64,000 bases of DNA from the NCBI GenBank assembly GCA_949948835.1, contig CATLHF010000001.1:68962-132961 (forward strand), given 5' to 3'. The translations under genes and the position numbers were made by a program. This document shows, piece by piece, positions 1-10,986 of this stretch. The stretch is from an uncultured Clostridia bacterium. GTDB taxonomy: Bacteria; Bacillota; Clostridia; TANB77; CAG-508. The notes under the pieces are model-generated. The model made no database searches and was not told where the DNA came from. It was given only the letters and a program-made list of their open reading frames with translations. How positions within the stretch are numbered: position 1 is the stretch's first letter; each line of letters begins with the position of its first letter.

Positions 1-893
1 TATCCTATTTTTCTTAAACTTTTTTCTTCTCGATAGTAATATAACACAAAAAACGGTGCAAGTAAAATTGCAAAATATTTTATTGCTGTTGCACATGCAA
101 GCATTACAATAGCAGGTAGTATTTTCTTTTTGGTTATTAAAAAGTAAATTCCTACTAGTATAAAGAAAATAACAAATATTTCATTATGTACATTGGATAA
201 TCCTTCAAATAAAATAAGTGGATTTAAGGCATAAAGTATAGTATATTTTTTACTTTGATTTGTTATTTTATACACAAAATAAGTATTGGCAAGATGTAAT
301 AATAAATTGAACAATTTGTAAACAAATAAGGCTACCCCTAAATTTCCAAACGATACATTACTTAATACTTTACAAACAAGTGGCCAAATTGGTCCATATA
401 CAACAACTTGTTCGCTCCAAGTACCCTTCATTTTTAAAAGCATACTATCATTGCTTGCTTGTTCATTATTTACCATCAATTCATCAATAGAAGTATCATA
501 TGGATTTACTCCATAATGTGCTTCACCCCAACCAGTACCAATATAATAAAATATATCTGTACTCGTCATTGGCAAAACGATCATAAACAAAATAGCAACA
601 ATTAAAACAAATCGTAACAGAATTTTCCATGTTGGAAAAATTGTATCATGGTGTTTTATAAAATAAAAGTATAATACTGCTATCCCAATCCACAATCCCA
701 TAAATAAAATGGTTTCAACTATTTTTTGAGAACTAAGGATTTGATTGGATGGATTGATAAAAAAAGAATAACTAGAATCCAAATCTGCTATTGTATTTCC
801 TTTTAAAACATACAAGCATGAAGGAATCGCCATACATATACATAGCAAAACAAATATAAGTTTTAAATTAACTTTACCCTTAATTTTTTCCAT
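1..893 (-). CDS. polytopic membrane protein, putative GT-C-type (DUF2029-like) glycosyltransferase; C-terminus lies beyond the window start
   Basis: Absent from the ORF track because there is no stop in the window. Hand translation of the minus strand from ATG 893..891 (GGAGAA RBS upstream) stays open to nt 1: MEKIKGKVNLKLIFVLLCICMAIPS...VYGPIWPLVCKVL...NPLILFEGLSNVHNE... It has many hydrophobic spans. Confidence 0.7.
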   Translation of the reverse strand, partial: MEKIKGKVNLKLIFVLLCICMAIPSCLYVLKGNTIADLDSSYSFFINPSNQILSSQKIVETILFMGLWIGIAVLYFYFIKHHDTIFPTWKILLRFVLIVAILFMIVLPMTSTDIFYYIGTGWGEAHYGVNPYDTSIDELMVNNEQASNDSMLLKMKGTWSEQVVVYGPIWPLVCKVLSNVSFGNLGVALFVYKLFNLLLHLANTYFVYKITNQSKKYTILYALNPLILFEGLSNVHNEIFVIFFILVGIYFLITKKKILPAIVMLACATAIKYFAILLAPFFVLYYYREEKSLRKIG

Positions 894-936
894 CACTTTT
901 CTCCTTCTTTATCTTTATAATTTCTATTCCCTTTTT

Positions 937-2418
937 CTAAATTTCGCATAAATGTAAAGTATCGTCTTGGAATAGAAGCTGTTCTTTACTAAATTCATTC
1001 CAATCTTTTGCTTCAAAATATGTAGTATATATTTTTTTATCTTTTGCTACTTGTTGTAATTTCTTATTTGTATAATAATTTAAACAATGTATATCAGACC
1101 ATTTAGCACATATTGCTCTTATTGTAAAAGTATTTATTGGTAAATCTTCATAGGTTAAATGCACTACTTTTTGTTTGTATATCGCAACTTTTGTTACTTT
1201 AATTCCTGTTTCTTTTTCGTATTCTTCCATACTTTGTCTTATTTTTTGGCAGTATTGTTCTTCGCTTTTTTGTGTTTTTATATTCATTATTCCTAAGTTT
1301 ATATAATTAAACACATTAACTCCTACTGCAATAATAGAAAATACTAATAATATTAATTGTACATATTTTTTGTCTTCCTTATTTTGAAATAGTACATATA
1401 AAATTGATAGCCCAATCATTGCTCCCACTGCCATTAACATTCTTGCAGAAACAGATAATCCGTTTTGTAGAAATAATGGCACTGTACATGAAAATACAGC
1501 TATTGCAAGTATCAACATGTATTTTAAGATTTTCCTTATTATCTCTTTCCTTATTAATACAAGCATTATGATTGTTACCCAAATGCAACATATAAAAATA
1601 CCTTTCTGAAATAGTCCAAATGTATTTATTATTACATTAAATGATATAGATAATAAGCTCTTTACATTTTGAATTATATTTAGCTCGTGTGTTAATCTAC
1701 CCTGCTGTGTATTTGTTAAAATTGCTCCTATTTGTATACTTGCTATCATCAATACTAATGCTATTATGCAGATAAAGCCTATTTTAAGTAAGTGTATTAT
1801 CCATTCTTTTATCGTTTTTTTCTCATCAATGGAAAAGAAAAATACGGATAATACAATAAAAAAATTAATCGTTCCTTGGTAAGCTATGCTTGCAATAATC
1901 ACTATTATAAGAGCCATTATTGTTTTGTACTTTTTATTTTCATTTATTAATATACTTGCTTTTGTACATAAAAGGATACTTAATGCCATTACCAGTTCCA
2001 TATAAGCAAATGCTTCTACTATCATAGGATTAAAAACCGCAATAAAACTGCCTAATAACATTATCGTTTTCGTTAATAAAGTAATCTCTTTATTTTTTGT
2101 TCTCATCTTCTTATATAAATATTGATATATCAAATACGTGGAACAGCACTGAAATATCAGGGTTGCAATCATCATAAATACAGCATATACCTGCATTGGT
2201 ATATTAAGTACTTGTCCAATTGTTAACACTAAATAATTTATAATTCGCCCATCCTGTAATGGATACTTCTTATATCCTTCATATCCCAAATCCATATTCC
2301 AATACGTATCTGTTATCATATGAAATCGCAAGAAAATTCCACAAGTAACAAGTCCCATTATAAGAATAATTACAAATATTTTTAATTTCTCTTTTTGCTC
2401 TTCTTTTGTTTCCTGCAT
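937..2418 (-). CDS. polytopic membrane protein (putative GT-C-like glycosyltransferase or polymerase)
   Basis: The ORF is 937..2493. The likely start is MQETKEEQK at 2418, just past the queH stop (2420). It has more than 10 hydrophobic segments and sits in the glycosylation locus. Confidence 0.65.
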   Translation of the reverse strand: MQETKEEQKEKLKIFVIILIMGLVTCGIFLRFHMITDTYWNMDLGYEGYKKYPLQDGRIINYLVLTIGQVLNIPMQVYAVFMMIATLIFQCCSTYLIYQYLYKKMRTKNKEITLLTKTIMLLGSFIAVFNPMIVEAFAYMELVMALSILLCTKASILINENKKYKTIMALIIVIIASIAYQGTINFFIVLSVFFFSIDEKKTIKEWIIHLLKIGFICIIALVLMIASIQIGAILTNTQQGRLTHELNIIQNVKSLLSISFNVIINTFGLFQKGIFICCIWVTIIMLVLIRKEIIRKILKYMLILAIAVFSCTVPLFLQNGLSVSARMLMAVGAMIGLSILYVLFQNKEDKKYVQLILLVFSIIAVGVNVFNYINLGIMNIKTQKSEEQYCQKIRQSMEEYEKETGIKVTKVAIYKQKVVHLTYEDLPINTFTIRAICAKWSDIHCLNYYTNKKLQQVAKDKKIYTTYFEAKDWNEFSKEQLLFQDDTLHLCEI

Positions 2419-2419
2419 C

Positions 2420-2992
2420 CTATACCCCTTTGTTCTCTTTATCTTTTTTAATCTGCTTACTATATCTATCTTCTTCTGAAAAAACACATCCACAGTACTT
2501 TTGCATATACAATCCTAGTTCTCTTGCTTTTTGTTGTCCTTCACGGAAGCCTACTCGAAAATCATGGTAAAGAAAAGTTAATCCATACTCATTGGCAAGT
2601 TTTTCTCCTATTTCTTTTATTTTTTCGTGGTTTTGATATGGACTTACAAGTAAGGTTGTTGTGAAGCTATCATAGCCATGTTCTTTTGCATATTTTGCTA
2701 CTTGTTCTAGGCGTACTTGATAGCAGTAATTTTGGCATCTGTTTGGTAGGTCATTTATGACGTTTTTTGTGAATTCTTTTAAACCATAATCCTCTTCAAA
2801 TATTGTTTCTATATTGATTATTTTAGCATATTCTTTTAAACAATCTCTTCTTAACTTATATTCCATGTATGGGTGAATATTAGGATTATACCAATATAGT
2901 GTTGGTTCGATTCCTTCTTTTCTTAATGTATCAATACAATAAACACTGCATGGTGCACAACATGTATGCATTAGTAGTTTCATTTTCTTCAT
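2420..2992 (-). CDS. queH: epoxyqueuosine reductase QueH (DUF208)
   Basis: 190 aa with an N-terminal HTCCAPCS and a C-terminal QKYCGCVFSE cysteine motif, both typical of QueH/DUF208. Confidence 0.85.
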   Translation of the reverse strand: MKKMKLLMHTCCAPCSVYCIDTLRKEGIEPTLYWYNPNIHPYMEYKLRRDCLKEYAKIINIETIFEEDYGLKEFTKNVINDLPNRCQNYCYQVRLEQVAKYAKEHGYDSFTTTLLVSPYQNHEKIKEIGEKLANEYGLTFLYHDFRVGFREGQQKARELGLYMQKYCGCVFSEEDRYSKQIKKDKENKGV

Positions 2993-2995
2993 CTC

Positions 2996-4792
2996 CTATT
3001 TGTTTTTAATAATTGCTCCACTATTGTTTTTGAAAATTACTTCTGTATCTTTTAAATCCAGTGCATCTTTATAGGAATTATAATAATTGCTACGATTGAA
3101 GTAAATTAAGTATTCATAGCCATCGTTATTCCAAAGTTTTATGTGGTCTTTCGTTGTTGTATATTCTAAATTTGTTTTAAATTGATATTTTAATATTGCC
3201 CAAAACCAGAACTCTTGTCTTTGGTTAGCAAGAATTAATGCATTGTTATTAGCAAGTATTATATTATTTTGTTTTAGATAGTTTATTATTTCTAATTCTT
3301 CTACTGTGTAGTCTACATCTACTCGAAGTAATACTGTTTTATTAATTCCAAAGATATCCATAACGTCTGTTATTTTTTCATTTTTATTAAATGTATCTTT
3401 TATAACTGGAACATTACTTGTTAAAAATGAATGTATCATTAGCAAGATATAAAAGCCAATATATACACTTGCTAATATTTTTCCATATTTCTTTTCTTCT
3501 ATTAAATAGCATATACCTCTAAGTGTTAAGTAAATAGCAAATTGCCATAATACAAAATACGTTTTAAAGAAATAGTAGGTTGATATGTTTAGTTTAAAAA
3601 TACTAACATATAAAACACACATATATAAAATCCAAATAATAATACTAATCATATCAAATTGTATTTTCTTTTCTTTTACCAAGTAATATATGGTAAATGG
3701 AATAAATAGTAATATATTTGAAAACAGATTTCGATAAATATATCCTTCTGTTTGAATGACATTTCCCACTTGTATTTGAGTAGTTGATAATAATCCTGGA
3801 AGTACATGGTAGCAAAATCCCATAATAGCTGGAACAATTAGTGTTATGATTGAATATGTAATAAGCTTATTATTGATCCATTTCCCTTTTTGCTTATGGA
3901 AATAGAATAAATAGTATATAAAAATCGCTCCATAAATTGGTGGCACAAACAAGTAATACGAAAAGAATAATTCAAAACATAGTAAAAATATAGTTGGTAT
4001 CATGTGCCATGTGTTTAATTTATCCTCTTCTTTCCAATCTTGCATAATTGCAACAATTGCATTAATTGCTAATACACCTATTCCCAAATAAAAGTACCCA
4101 AATAACATATTATTTAAAGGATATCCTAATAAATAGATAATAGATACTGCTCCTGCAATAAAATATGTTAATGTACTTTTAGCATATTTTTTTACTGTCA
4201 CAAAAAACATTAAACCACTCAAGAAAAGTGCAAAAATATCAAATCCTATAAACACTTGATACAAGTTCGTTTCACCAATCCATGGTGCAAATGTTTTAAA
4301 TAAAATGCCAATATTAGAATATGCTCCTGGCATCATGGCATTTGAAGATTTAATATTATCTACTGTTAATAATAAACTTTCATTTTCATAAAACTCTTGC
4401 GCTGATAAGTAATGTAATGATGCATCTGTCATAATATACTTAATATTAATTGGCATGCCGAAATTACAATATGAAACAAAGAATACCACAAAAATTAGTA
4501 TTACAATAAAAATAGTATCTCGTAAATCAAATTGATAAGCTTGTATTTCTTTTTTCCATATCATTACTCCTGCTAATATCACTATAATAGCGATATTTGT
4601 TATCGTTAATGATAATAACGTAATTGGTATATGTAACATGGTATAAGCATAACTAATAAATGTTTGATAGCATAAAAACAACACTACCGTAATTGTAATT
4701 GCTTTTACAATATCCAGTTTATTTTCCTTTTTCTTTACCAAAATAGCAGTTGTTAATAATGCTATTATCGAAATTAAATATGTAAGTGACAT
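2996..4792 (-). CDS. large polytopic membrane protein (putative GT-C/YfhO-like glycosyltransferase)
   Basis: 598-aa ORF with about 12 or more TM segments followed by a soluble C-terminal domain. This is the third such protein in the locus. Confidence 0.6.
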   Translation of the reverse strand: MSLTYLISIIALLTTAILVKKKENKLDIVKAITITVVLFLCYQTFISYAYTMLHIPITLLSLTITNIAIIVILAGVMIWKKEIQAYQFDLRDTIFIVILIFVVFFVSYCNFGMPINIKYIMTDASLHYLSAQEFYENESLLLTVDNIKSSNAMMPGAYSNIGILFKTFAPWIGETNLYQVFIGFDIFALFLSGLMFFVTVKKYAKSTLTYFIAGAVSIIYLLGYPLNNMLFGYFYLGIGVLAINAIVAIMQDWKEEDKLNTWHMIPTIFLLCFELFFSYYLFVPPIYGAIFIYYLFYFHKQKGKWINNKLITYSIITLIVPAIMGFCYHVLPGLLSTTQIQVGNVIQTEGYIYRNLFSNILLFIPFTIYYLVKEKKIQFDMISIIIWILYMCVLYVSIFKLNISTYYFFKTYFVLWQFAIYLTLRGICYLIEEKKYGKILASVYIGFYILLMIHSFLTSNVPVIKDTFNKNEKITDVMDIFGINKTVLLRVDVDYTVEELEIINYLKQNNIILANNNALILANQRQEFWFWAILKYQFKTNLEYTTTKDHIKLWNNDGYEYLIYFNRSNYYNSYKDALDLKDTEVIFKNNSGAIIKNK

Positions 4793-4793
4793 C

Positions 4794-5916
4794 TTATTTC
4801 CTTTCTTTATTCTCTATTATCTCTTGCAATTGTTTTGTTGTATTGTCCCAAGAAAATTGTTTACATACCTTATTATGTAAGTTTTCTGCAAAAGTTTGTC
4901 TTAATTCTTTATCCTTTATTAAAACTTCTAATTTCTCTACAATATCTTGAACTTCTGGTTTGCAAAGTAACCCTTCTTTTCCATCTTCAATGATTTCTGC
5001 TGTACCACCTACATCTGTTGCAACAACAGCACATTTCATAAGTCCCGCTTCTAAAACAGTAGTTGGAAGTCCTTCTGAATAAGATGGATTAATAAAAATA
5101 TCCGATATAGCATATTGTTTCATCATGTCTTTGTGGTCTAATTTTCCTAACATTGATATGTTGGTATTTTTATTAAGTCGTTCATATAATGGTCCGTCTC
5201 CTGCAATAAGCAATTCTATTTTAGGATATTTTTTTCGTAGACTTTTATATGCCTCTCCTAATAAGCAAAGCCCTTTATCTTCAATTAATCGACCTGCATA
5301 TAAAATTTTAATGCTTTCGTTTTGCTTCATATTATTTTTATATAATTCATATTCTGATGTTTCAATAGAGTTATATAAGACACCTTTTGCCGTTATATTA
5401 AAATGTTCTAACCATTTGCCACATGCCTTCGATACCCCGGTAAAAATCACTAACATACTTTTTTATTGTATTTGTTAAAAGATGTTCATAAATATGTCCA
5501 AAGAAATCCAAAATCTTATTATATACTGTAAAATGGCTACTTCCATGTTCAATTAAAATACTTGGAATATTTTTCTTCTTTGCAAATTTTGCGCCTAGCA
5601 AAGAGGTTAGCCAAAACCTTGTATTTAAGACGCAGAACTCAATATTTTCTTTTTTTAATTGTGCCATAATTTCTCTATATTTTTTGTTTTTCTTGATAAT
5701 TGGATAGCGTGACGAACATATTTTATATATAGGAAGACGATAAACAGTTGCATATTCAAGTTCTTCTACTTCTTTTAATTTCTCTTCGTATTTGGTTGTT
5801 ACAATAATAACTTTTATATTTTGTTTTGTTAAGTTTTTTGCCAAGTTATCTTCATATCGTTCAACACCTCCTGTATGAGGCAAATAGTATCCTGAAAAAA
5901 ACGCAACCGTTTTCAT
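4794..5916 (-). pseudogene. GT4 (GT-B fold) glycosyltransferase split by one frameshift
   Basis: The N-half ORF 5398..5916 reads MKTVAFFSGYYLPHTGGVERY. The C-half ORF 4794..5456 reads YAGRLIEDKGL...EGLPTTVLEAGLMKCAVVATDVGGTAEII. The two overlap in different frames around the gatttttaccggggt tract (5435-5446). Confidence 0.75.
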
Positions 5917-5928
5917 TGTTTCCTCCTT

Positions 5929-6923
5929 CTAATTTGTTAGTTTATTATAGATAAAAAGACTTATTTTAGCTAATTTAAATTTATCTAATAAAAAGAATAT
6001 TTTTACAATAATTCTATTTTGTTTATCCCCTTGAAACATTTCTTTTCCCTTTAGTAACGGATTTTTATTGTATTTTATCTTATTTTTTACAAAAAAATTT
6101 ATAATTTTATTATATTCTACTTTAAAATCTGAAAACTTTAGATTTTTGCATAAAACTTTTAAATATCCAAACCCTGTGTAAATAAAAAAATACAACTCTA
6201 TATACGGACGTTTTGCTTCATTTTTAGCTTTATTCTCATCCCATACTTCATACATTTGCTCTAATATTTTTTCAATATGAATATTAGTATTGTTCTTTTG
6301 TATACTACCGTGTAATTCCTTTTTCGTTTCCTCTGTAATAATAGCCAACATAATCAAGTTCACTTACTTTATCTGTTTTTAGTAATGCCTGCATATTAAA
6401 GTAGGCATCTTCTGCAAATGCTTGGTTTGAAAAAGTAATTTTATTATCTAGCAAATATTGTTTTCTATATATTTTTCCGTGTAGCACCTAATATCGTGTA
6501 TTGGTATAATGTTTCAGATACCTTTTTATTTAGACCTTTTGTTGCATCAAAGTACTTTTCTCCACTACATACAATGTCTTGTTGTTTGGTAACAATCTCA
6601 TTTACCAATTTTTCTATGTAATCTTCTTTTATTTTATCATCACTGTCTAAAAAGATAACATACTTTCCGCTTGCATTTTGAATTCCTGTATTTCTCGCTT
6701 CTCCTGCTCCTGCATTTTCTTGTTTTACATATTTAATACGATTATCTTTTTCCTTTAAAGCGTTAATGAGTTTTTCAGAACTATCTGTAGAGCCATCATT
6801 AACAATAACAATTTCAAATTCGCCATATGTTTGTCCCATTACACAATTCAAACATTCTTCTATGTATTTTTCCGAATTATATACTGGAATAATAACAGAT
6901 ACTAATTCTTTCAATAATGACAC
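5929..6923 (-). pseudogene. GT2 glycosyltransferase split into three ORFs (two frameshifts)
   Basis: ORF 6465..6923 carries the GT2 N-terminus (VSVIIPVYNSEKYIEECL...IVNDGSTD...FLDSDD). ORFs 6305..6487 (HGKIYRKQYLL...AEDAYF) and 5929..6363 continue the same protein in other frames. Confidence 0.75.
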
Positions 6924-6924
6924 C

Positions 6925-8157
6925 TCATTCTCTATTCTTTTTATAATATTGATATTTTGCTAATGCAAAAAAAAGTAAATAATATGTTAGCATTATAACA
7001 AAATAAGATAACACGATTCCTTTTTCTCCAAGTATATATATTAAATAATTTGAAGCTATAAATGCAATTATACCTGTTACAAGATATACCCAAAACTGTT
7101 CTTTTATTTTTCGATAAATTGTTAATATAATGGTTTTTATAAATCCCATAGCATATAAAACATATGAAAATAAAATAGCAATTAACACCATAGTATAACC
7201 AGTTAAATCAACATGATAAATCAAGTTTAGTACTGGAATTCCAAGAAAATATCCAAGTAGAATTGCTAATATTCCAAATCCTATAATCATATATATTATC
7301 TTATTTTCTATTTTTTTCATTTGTTTTAGGTTATTTTCTTTATAAAGTTTTGTTAAATCGTTCATGGCTGGAGCTATAATAAATTGTGCAAATAGTGATA
7401 ACACACTTGCTGGCATCAAAATAATTCCATAAATTGCTTGAATATCATTAGTTAAATAGTTTTCAATTGCATATTTAGGTGCATTTAAAATATACATCGT
7501 TAAAAAACTGCCCGCAAATAAGAAAAATTCGCTTTTATAAATTTTCCATACATATGTAGGTGTTGCTTTTTCTTCTTTTACAATAAATGGTATGGCTTTG
7601 GGTAAATCATAACATAGTATCGTTAAAAGGCTTACTATTGGTAAACTAATACAAGCATAAATTAAATTATTGGTAAAATAATCTACTGCTACAAATAGTA
7701 AAATTCCTACTATTGATTTAATCACTAAAGACTTACCTACTAAATGTAATTTCTCATTCTTTTGTAACACTCCATAAAATACATCTCCAAATGCCTCTAG
7801 CGCTTTCCATAAGCATAAGCAAAATAGAATTGTACTTTTATACTGATCATATTTGCTAAGTATCATAAATCCAACCGTAATTATTAGCATTCCAATACAA
7901 GTAATAATTCTGCTTACGATATAATCTTTGTCCTTTATTTCTCCTTTAATATCCGTCACTTGACAGTTCCTACCAGAATAAATTGCGAAGATGTATAAAA
8001 TATAAGCAGTTGCAACAGTAATTGAAAAAATTCCTGCATCATCTAATCCATTTATTCTTGTAATCGCGATTAAAAAGAATAAGGAATTAAAGGATGCAAG
8101 AGTGCTCCCAATAGTATTCCATATGAAATTACGAAGTATGGTTTTATTTTTTATCAT
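6925..8157 (-). CDS. MOP-superfamily polysaccharide flippase (Wzx-like)
   Basis: 410 aa with about 12 TM segments and an N-terminus (LRNFIWNTIGSTLASFNSLFFLIAITR) typical of O-unit or teichoic-acid flippases. Confidence 0.7.
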   Translation of the reverse strand: MIKNKTILRNFIWNTIGSTLASFNSLFFLIAITRINGLDDAGIFSITVATAYILYIFAIYSGRNCQVTDIKGEIKDKDYIVSRIITCIGMLIITVGFMILSKYDQYKSTILFCLCLWKALEAFGDVFYGVLQKNEKLHLVGKSLVIKSIVGILLFVAVDYFTNNLIYACISLPIVSLLTILCYDLPKAIPFIVKEEKATPTYVWKIYKSEFFLFAGSFLTMYILNAPKYAIENYLTNDIQAIYGIILMPASVLSLFAQFIIAPAMNDLTKLYKENNLKQMKKIENKIIYMIIGFGILAILLGYFLGIPVLNLIYHVDLTGYTMVLIAILFSYVLYAMGFIKTIILTIYRKIKEQFWVYLVTGIIAFIASNYLIYILGEKGIVLSYFVIMLTYYLLFFALAKYQYYKKNRE

Positions 8158-8494
8158 TTTTCTCGTCCATTTCTTCTATTTTTTGAGTTAGTATTGCTAA
8201 TTCTTGTGCCAATTCTGTTGTTTTTTGTTTTTCATCATTTAATAATCTACTTTGTTTAAAGTTAATAAATAACAAAAACACAACTCCTAGTAAAAATACT
8301 AAAGATGGCGAATAGCTAATTCCTAGTTTTAAGCTTATTTCGTCTAAGCTTTTTGGAAACATTGCAAGTAGTATAATAGCAAATGTTGCCAAAATCCAAA
8401 AAATGCTTTCATACATATCAAAGTTTTTATTCATTACAGATTTGATAATATATACAATTAAAATAATTCCAATAATAACAAACAATATATTCAT
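8144..8494 (-). CDS. DUF2304 family small membrane protein
   Basis: 116 aa with 3-4 TM segments plus a C-terminal coiled tail. It sits immediately downstream of a GtrB-like GT2, the usual DUF2304 context. Confidence 0.65.
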   Translation of the reverse strand: MNILFVIIGIILIVYIIKSVMNKNFDMYESIFWILATFAIILLAMFPKSLDEISLKLGISYSPSLVFLLGVVFLLFINFKQSRLLNDEKQKTTELAQELAILTQKIEEMDEKNDKK

Positions 8495-8495
8495 T

Positions 8496-9209
8496 CTATT
8501 TCTTCTTTCTAAACAAATTTCTAAGAATAATGATAATAATGTTATAAAATACCTTTATCATATATTTGATTGGTCCAATAATCCCTTTATGCATGCTTGT
8601 CCCATATTTTCTTTCTCTCATATTGGTTGATATTTCACAAATTTCATACCCATTTAGTAATAATTCAATAATTAAATTAGCATCTGGAAATTCTGGATAA
8701 TTTCCCATTCCAGCAAAATACGAAATCGTTTTTTTGTTAATACACTGAAATCCTGAAGTAGGATCTTTGATGATTTTATGGCAAATCATTTTAATTAAGC
8801 TAGATAAGATATTAGTACCTAGTTTTCTCATTGTGCCATGTTTATATTTTGTTTCTTCTAAGAAGCGAGAACCAATTACAATATCTGGGTGATTTTTTTC
8901 CATATATTCTAATAGTTTTCTTGCTTCACTTGGAATATGTTGCCCATCTGCATCCATTTGTAACACATAGTCATAATCATGTTTATTAGCATATTTAATT
9001 CCTGTTTGAACTGCTAATGAATATCCTAAATTAAATGGTAATGAGATACAATTAACATTTCTTTTTTTTACCACTTCTTCCGTTTTGTCTGTAGATGCAT
9101 CATTTATAACTAACAAATCTACATCTGGTAAATCTCTTTTAATTTCATCAATAACTTCTTCAATATTTTGTTCTTCATTATGCGCTGGCATTACAATTAA
9201 TGCTTTCAT
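8496..9209 (-). CDS. GT2 polyprenol-phosphate glycosyltransferase (GtrB/CsbB/DPM1-like)
   Basis: 237 aa reading ALIVMPAHNEEQNIEEVI...VINDASTDKT...QMDADGQH, a GT-A fold with a DxD-type motif. Confidence 0.8.
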   Translation of the reverse strand: MKALIVMPAHNEEQNIEEVIDEIKRDLPDVDLLVINDASTDKTEEVVKKRNVNCISLPFNLGYSLAVQTGIKYANKHDYDYVLQMDADGQHIPSEARKLLEYMEKNHPDIVIGSRFLEETKYKHGTMRKLGTNILSSLIKMICHKIIKDPTSGFQCINKKTISYFAGMGNYPEFPDANLIIELLLNGYEICEISTNMRERKYGTSMHKGIIGPIKYMIKVFYNIIIIILRNLFRKKK

Positions 9210-9231
9210 ATGTGCATTTCACCTACTTTAT

Positions 9232-10239
9232 TTATTTTTCTTCATATGGAAACCCTAAATGCATATATGCATCTTTCATGGCAATTCTTCCTCTTGGCGT
9301 ACGAGATACAAATCCTTGTTGCATTAAATATGGCTCATATACATCTTCAATGGTTTCTACTTCTTCTCCTATGGTTGCAGCAAGTGTTTCTAGTCCTACT
9401 GGTCCCCCATTGTATTTTGTAATAATGGTTTCTAATATTTTTCGATCGGTTTCATCTAATCCTAATTCATCGATTTCTAATTTATTTAAGGCAATTTTTG
9501 CAATTTCTAAAGTAACTTCTCCATCTCCTAAAACGGAGGCATAATCACGAACTCGTTTTAAAATTCGGTTTGCAATTCTTGGTGTTCCTCGAGAACGTCT
9601 TGCAATTTCAAAAGATGCTGTTTCGTTAATTGTTACTCCTAAAATAGAAGCTGACCTTCTTACAATTTCATCTAACTGTTCTGGTGTATATAGTTCTAGT
9701 CGACTTACAATTCCAAAACGGTCGCGTAGAGGTGTTGTTAAAGAACCTGCTCTTGTTGTAGCACCTATTAGAGTAAACTTTGGTAGGTCTAGCCTTATCG
9801 ACCTTGCACTTGGTCCTTTTCCAATAATAATATCTAATGTAAAATCTTCTAATGCTGGGTATAGAATTTCTTCTACGCTTTTATTTAGTCTGTGGATTTC
9901 ATCAATAAATAACACATCAAATTCTGAAAGATTGGTAAGAAGTGCCGCTAAATCTCCTGGCTTTTCAATTGCTGGGCCTGATGTAATTTTTATATTAGAA
10001 TTCATTTCATTCGAAATAATATTGGATAAAGTTGTCTTTCCTAGTCCTGGCGGTCCATATAATAAGACATGGTCAAGAGGCTCCCCTCTTTTTTTAGCAG
10101 CCTCTATGTATACTTTTAAATTCTCTTTTACTTTGTCTTGTCCAATATATTCCTTTAATGTTTTAGGTCTTAGTGTGTTTTCTAATCTTTCTTCTTCCAC
10201 ATTTTCTAATTCTGGACGAATAAGGTTATTTTCCTCCAT
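9232..10239 (-). CDS. ruvB: Holliday junction branch migration helicase RuvB
   Basis: [19 protein letters not shown]...[13 protein letters not shown]...DEIHRL; the full-length similarity pattern is that of RuvB. Confidence 0.95.
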   Translation of the reverse strand: MEENNLIRPELENVEEERLENTLRPKTLKEYIGQDKVKENLKVYIEAAKKRGEPLDHVLLYGPPGLGKTTLSNIISNEMNSNIKITSGPAIEKPGDLAALLTNLSEFDVLFIDEIHRLNKSVEEILYPALEDFTLDIIIGKGPSARSIRLDLPKFTLIGATTRAGSLTTPLRDRFGIVSRLELYTPEQLDEIVRRSASILGVTINETASFEIARRSRGTPRIANRILKRVRDYASVLGDGEVTLEIAKIALNKLEIDELGLDETDRKILETIITKYNGGPVGLETLAATIGEEVETIEDVYEPYLMQQGFVSRTPRGRIAMKDAYMHLGFPYEEK

Positions 10240-10251
10240 GGGTTCACCTCT

Positions 10252-10947
10252 TTATTTTTCAATTACTACAGGGTATCCAATAAATAAACCTGTTTCAACA
10301 ACTCCTACGATGCTTTTTAACTTTTTCTCATAAGTTTCATCTACATTACGAAATACAGCATCTAATATTACATTTCCACTTTCTGTTACAACTGGTCCAT
10401 CTTTTCCGACAGCAAGTCTCAAAGTAACATCTTCTGCTCCCATTTCAACTAAGGCTTGTCTTACTAAATTAATTGCTTCTGGGTTTACCTCTACTGGAAT
10501 TGGAAATTTATCGCAAATGTGTTCTACCATTTTAGAATCATCAACTAATATGTAAGTAAGTTTACTTGCAGCAATGTTTAGTTTTTCTTTGTACATTGCT
10601 CCTCCTCTTCCTTTTACTAACCAATTATGTGGGTCTACTTCATCTGCTCCATCATATGACCAATCTGGTTTTTGAACCATAAGAGTTGTAGTCGGTATTC
10701 CAAGATTTTCACATAACATTTTTACTTCATACGAAGTTGGTATTGCTGTAATATGTAAATTCTCTTGTTTTACTTTTTCGGCAATTGCTTTTGTTGCAAG
10801 AAACGATGTTGAGCCAGAACCCACTCCAATGACATCTCCATCTTTTACTTTTTCCGCTAACTTTTTAGCAATTCTTTCTTTTGCCTCTACATTGCTCATG
10901 CTTCCATTCCAAAGTGATTTTTGTTTTACATTTTCTTCCCAATTCAT
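10252..10947 (-). CDS. rpiA: ribose-5-phosphate isomerase A
   Basis: GVGSGSTSFLATKAI...DGADEVD...KGRGGAM motifs; 231 aa. Confidence 0.9.
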   Translation of the reverse strand: MNWEENVKQKSLWNGSMSNVEAKERIAKKLAEKVKDGDVIGVGSGSTSFLATKAIAEKVKQENLHITAIPTSYEVKMLCENLGIPTTTLMVQKPDWSYDGADEVDPHNWLVKGRGGAMYKEKLNIAASKLTYILVDDSKMVEHICDKFPIPVEVNPEAINLVRQALVEMGAEDVTLRLAVGKDGPVVTESGNVILDAVFRNVDETYEKKLKSIVGVVETGLFIGYPVVIEK

Positions 10948-10986
10948 ATTACTCTCTCCTATTTTTTATTTATTTTACTATGAAAT

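Noticed and set aside
9200-9544. Many 60-130-aa ORFs antisense to long genes (for example 9200..9544, 9932..10333, 14118..14471, 19880..20125, 35333..35566, 60981..61328)
   Set aside because: Each lies entirely inside a well-supported conserved gene on the other strand. None has an RBS or a recognisable family.
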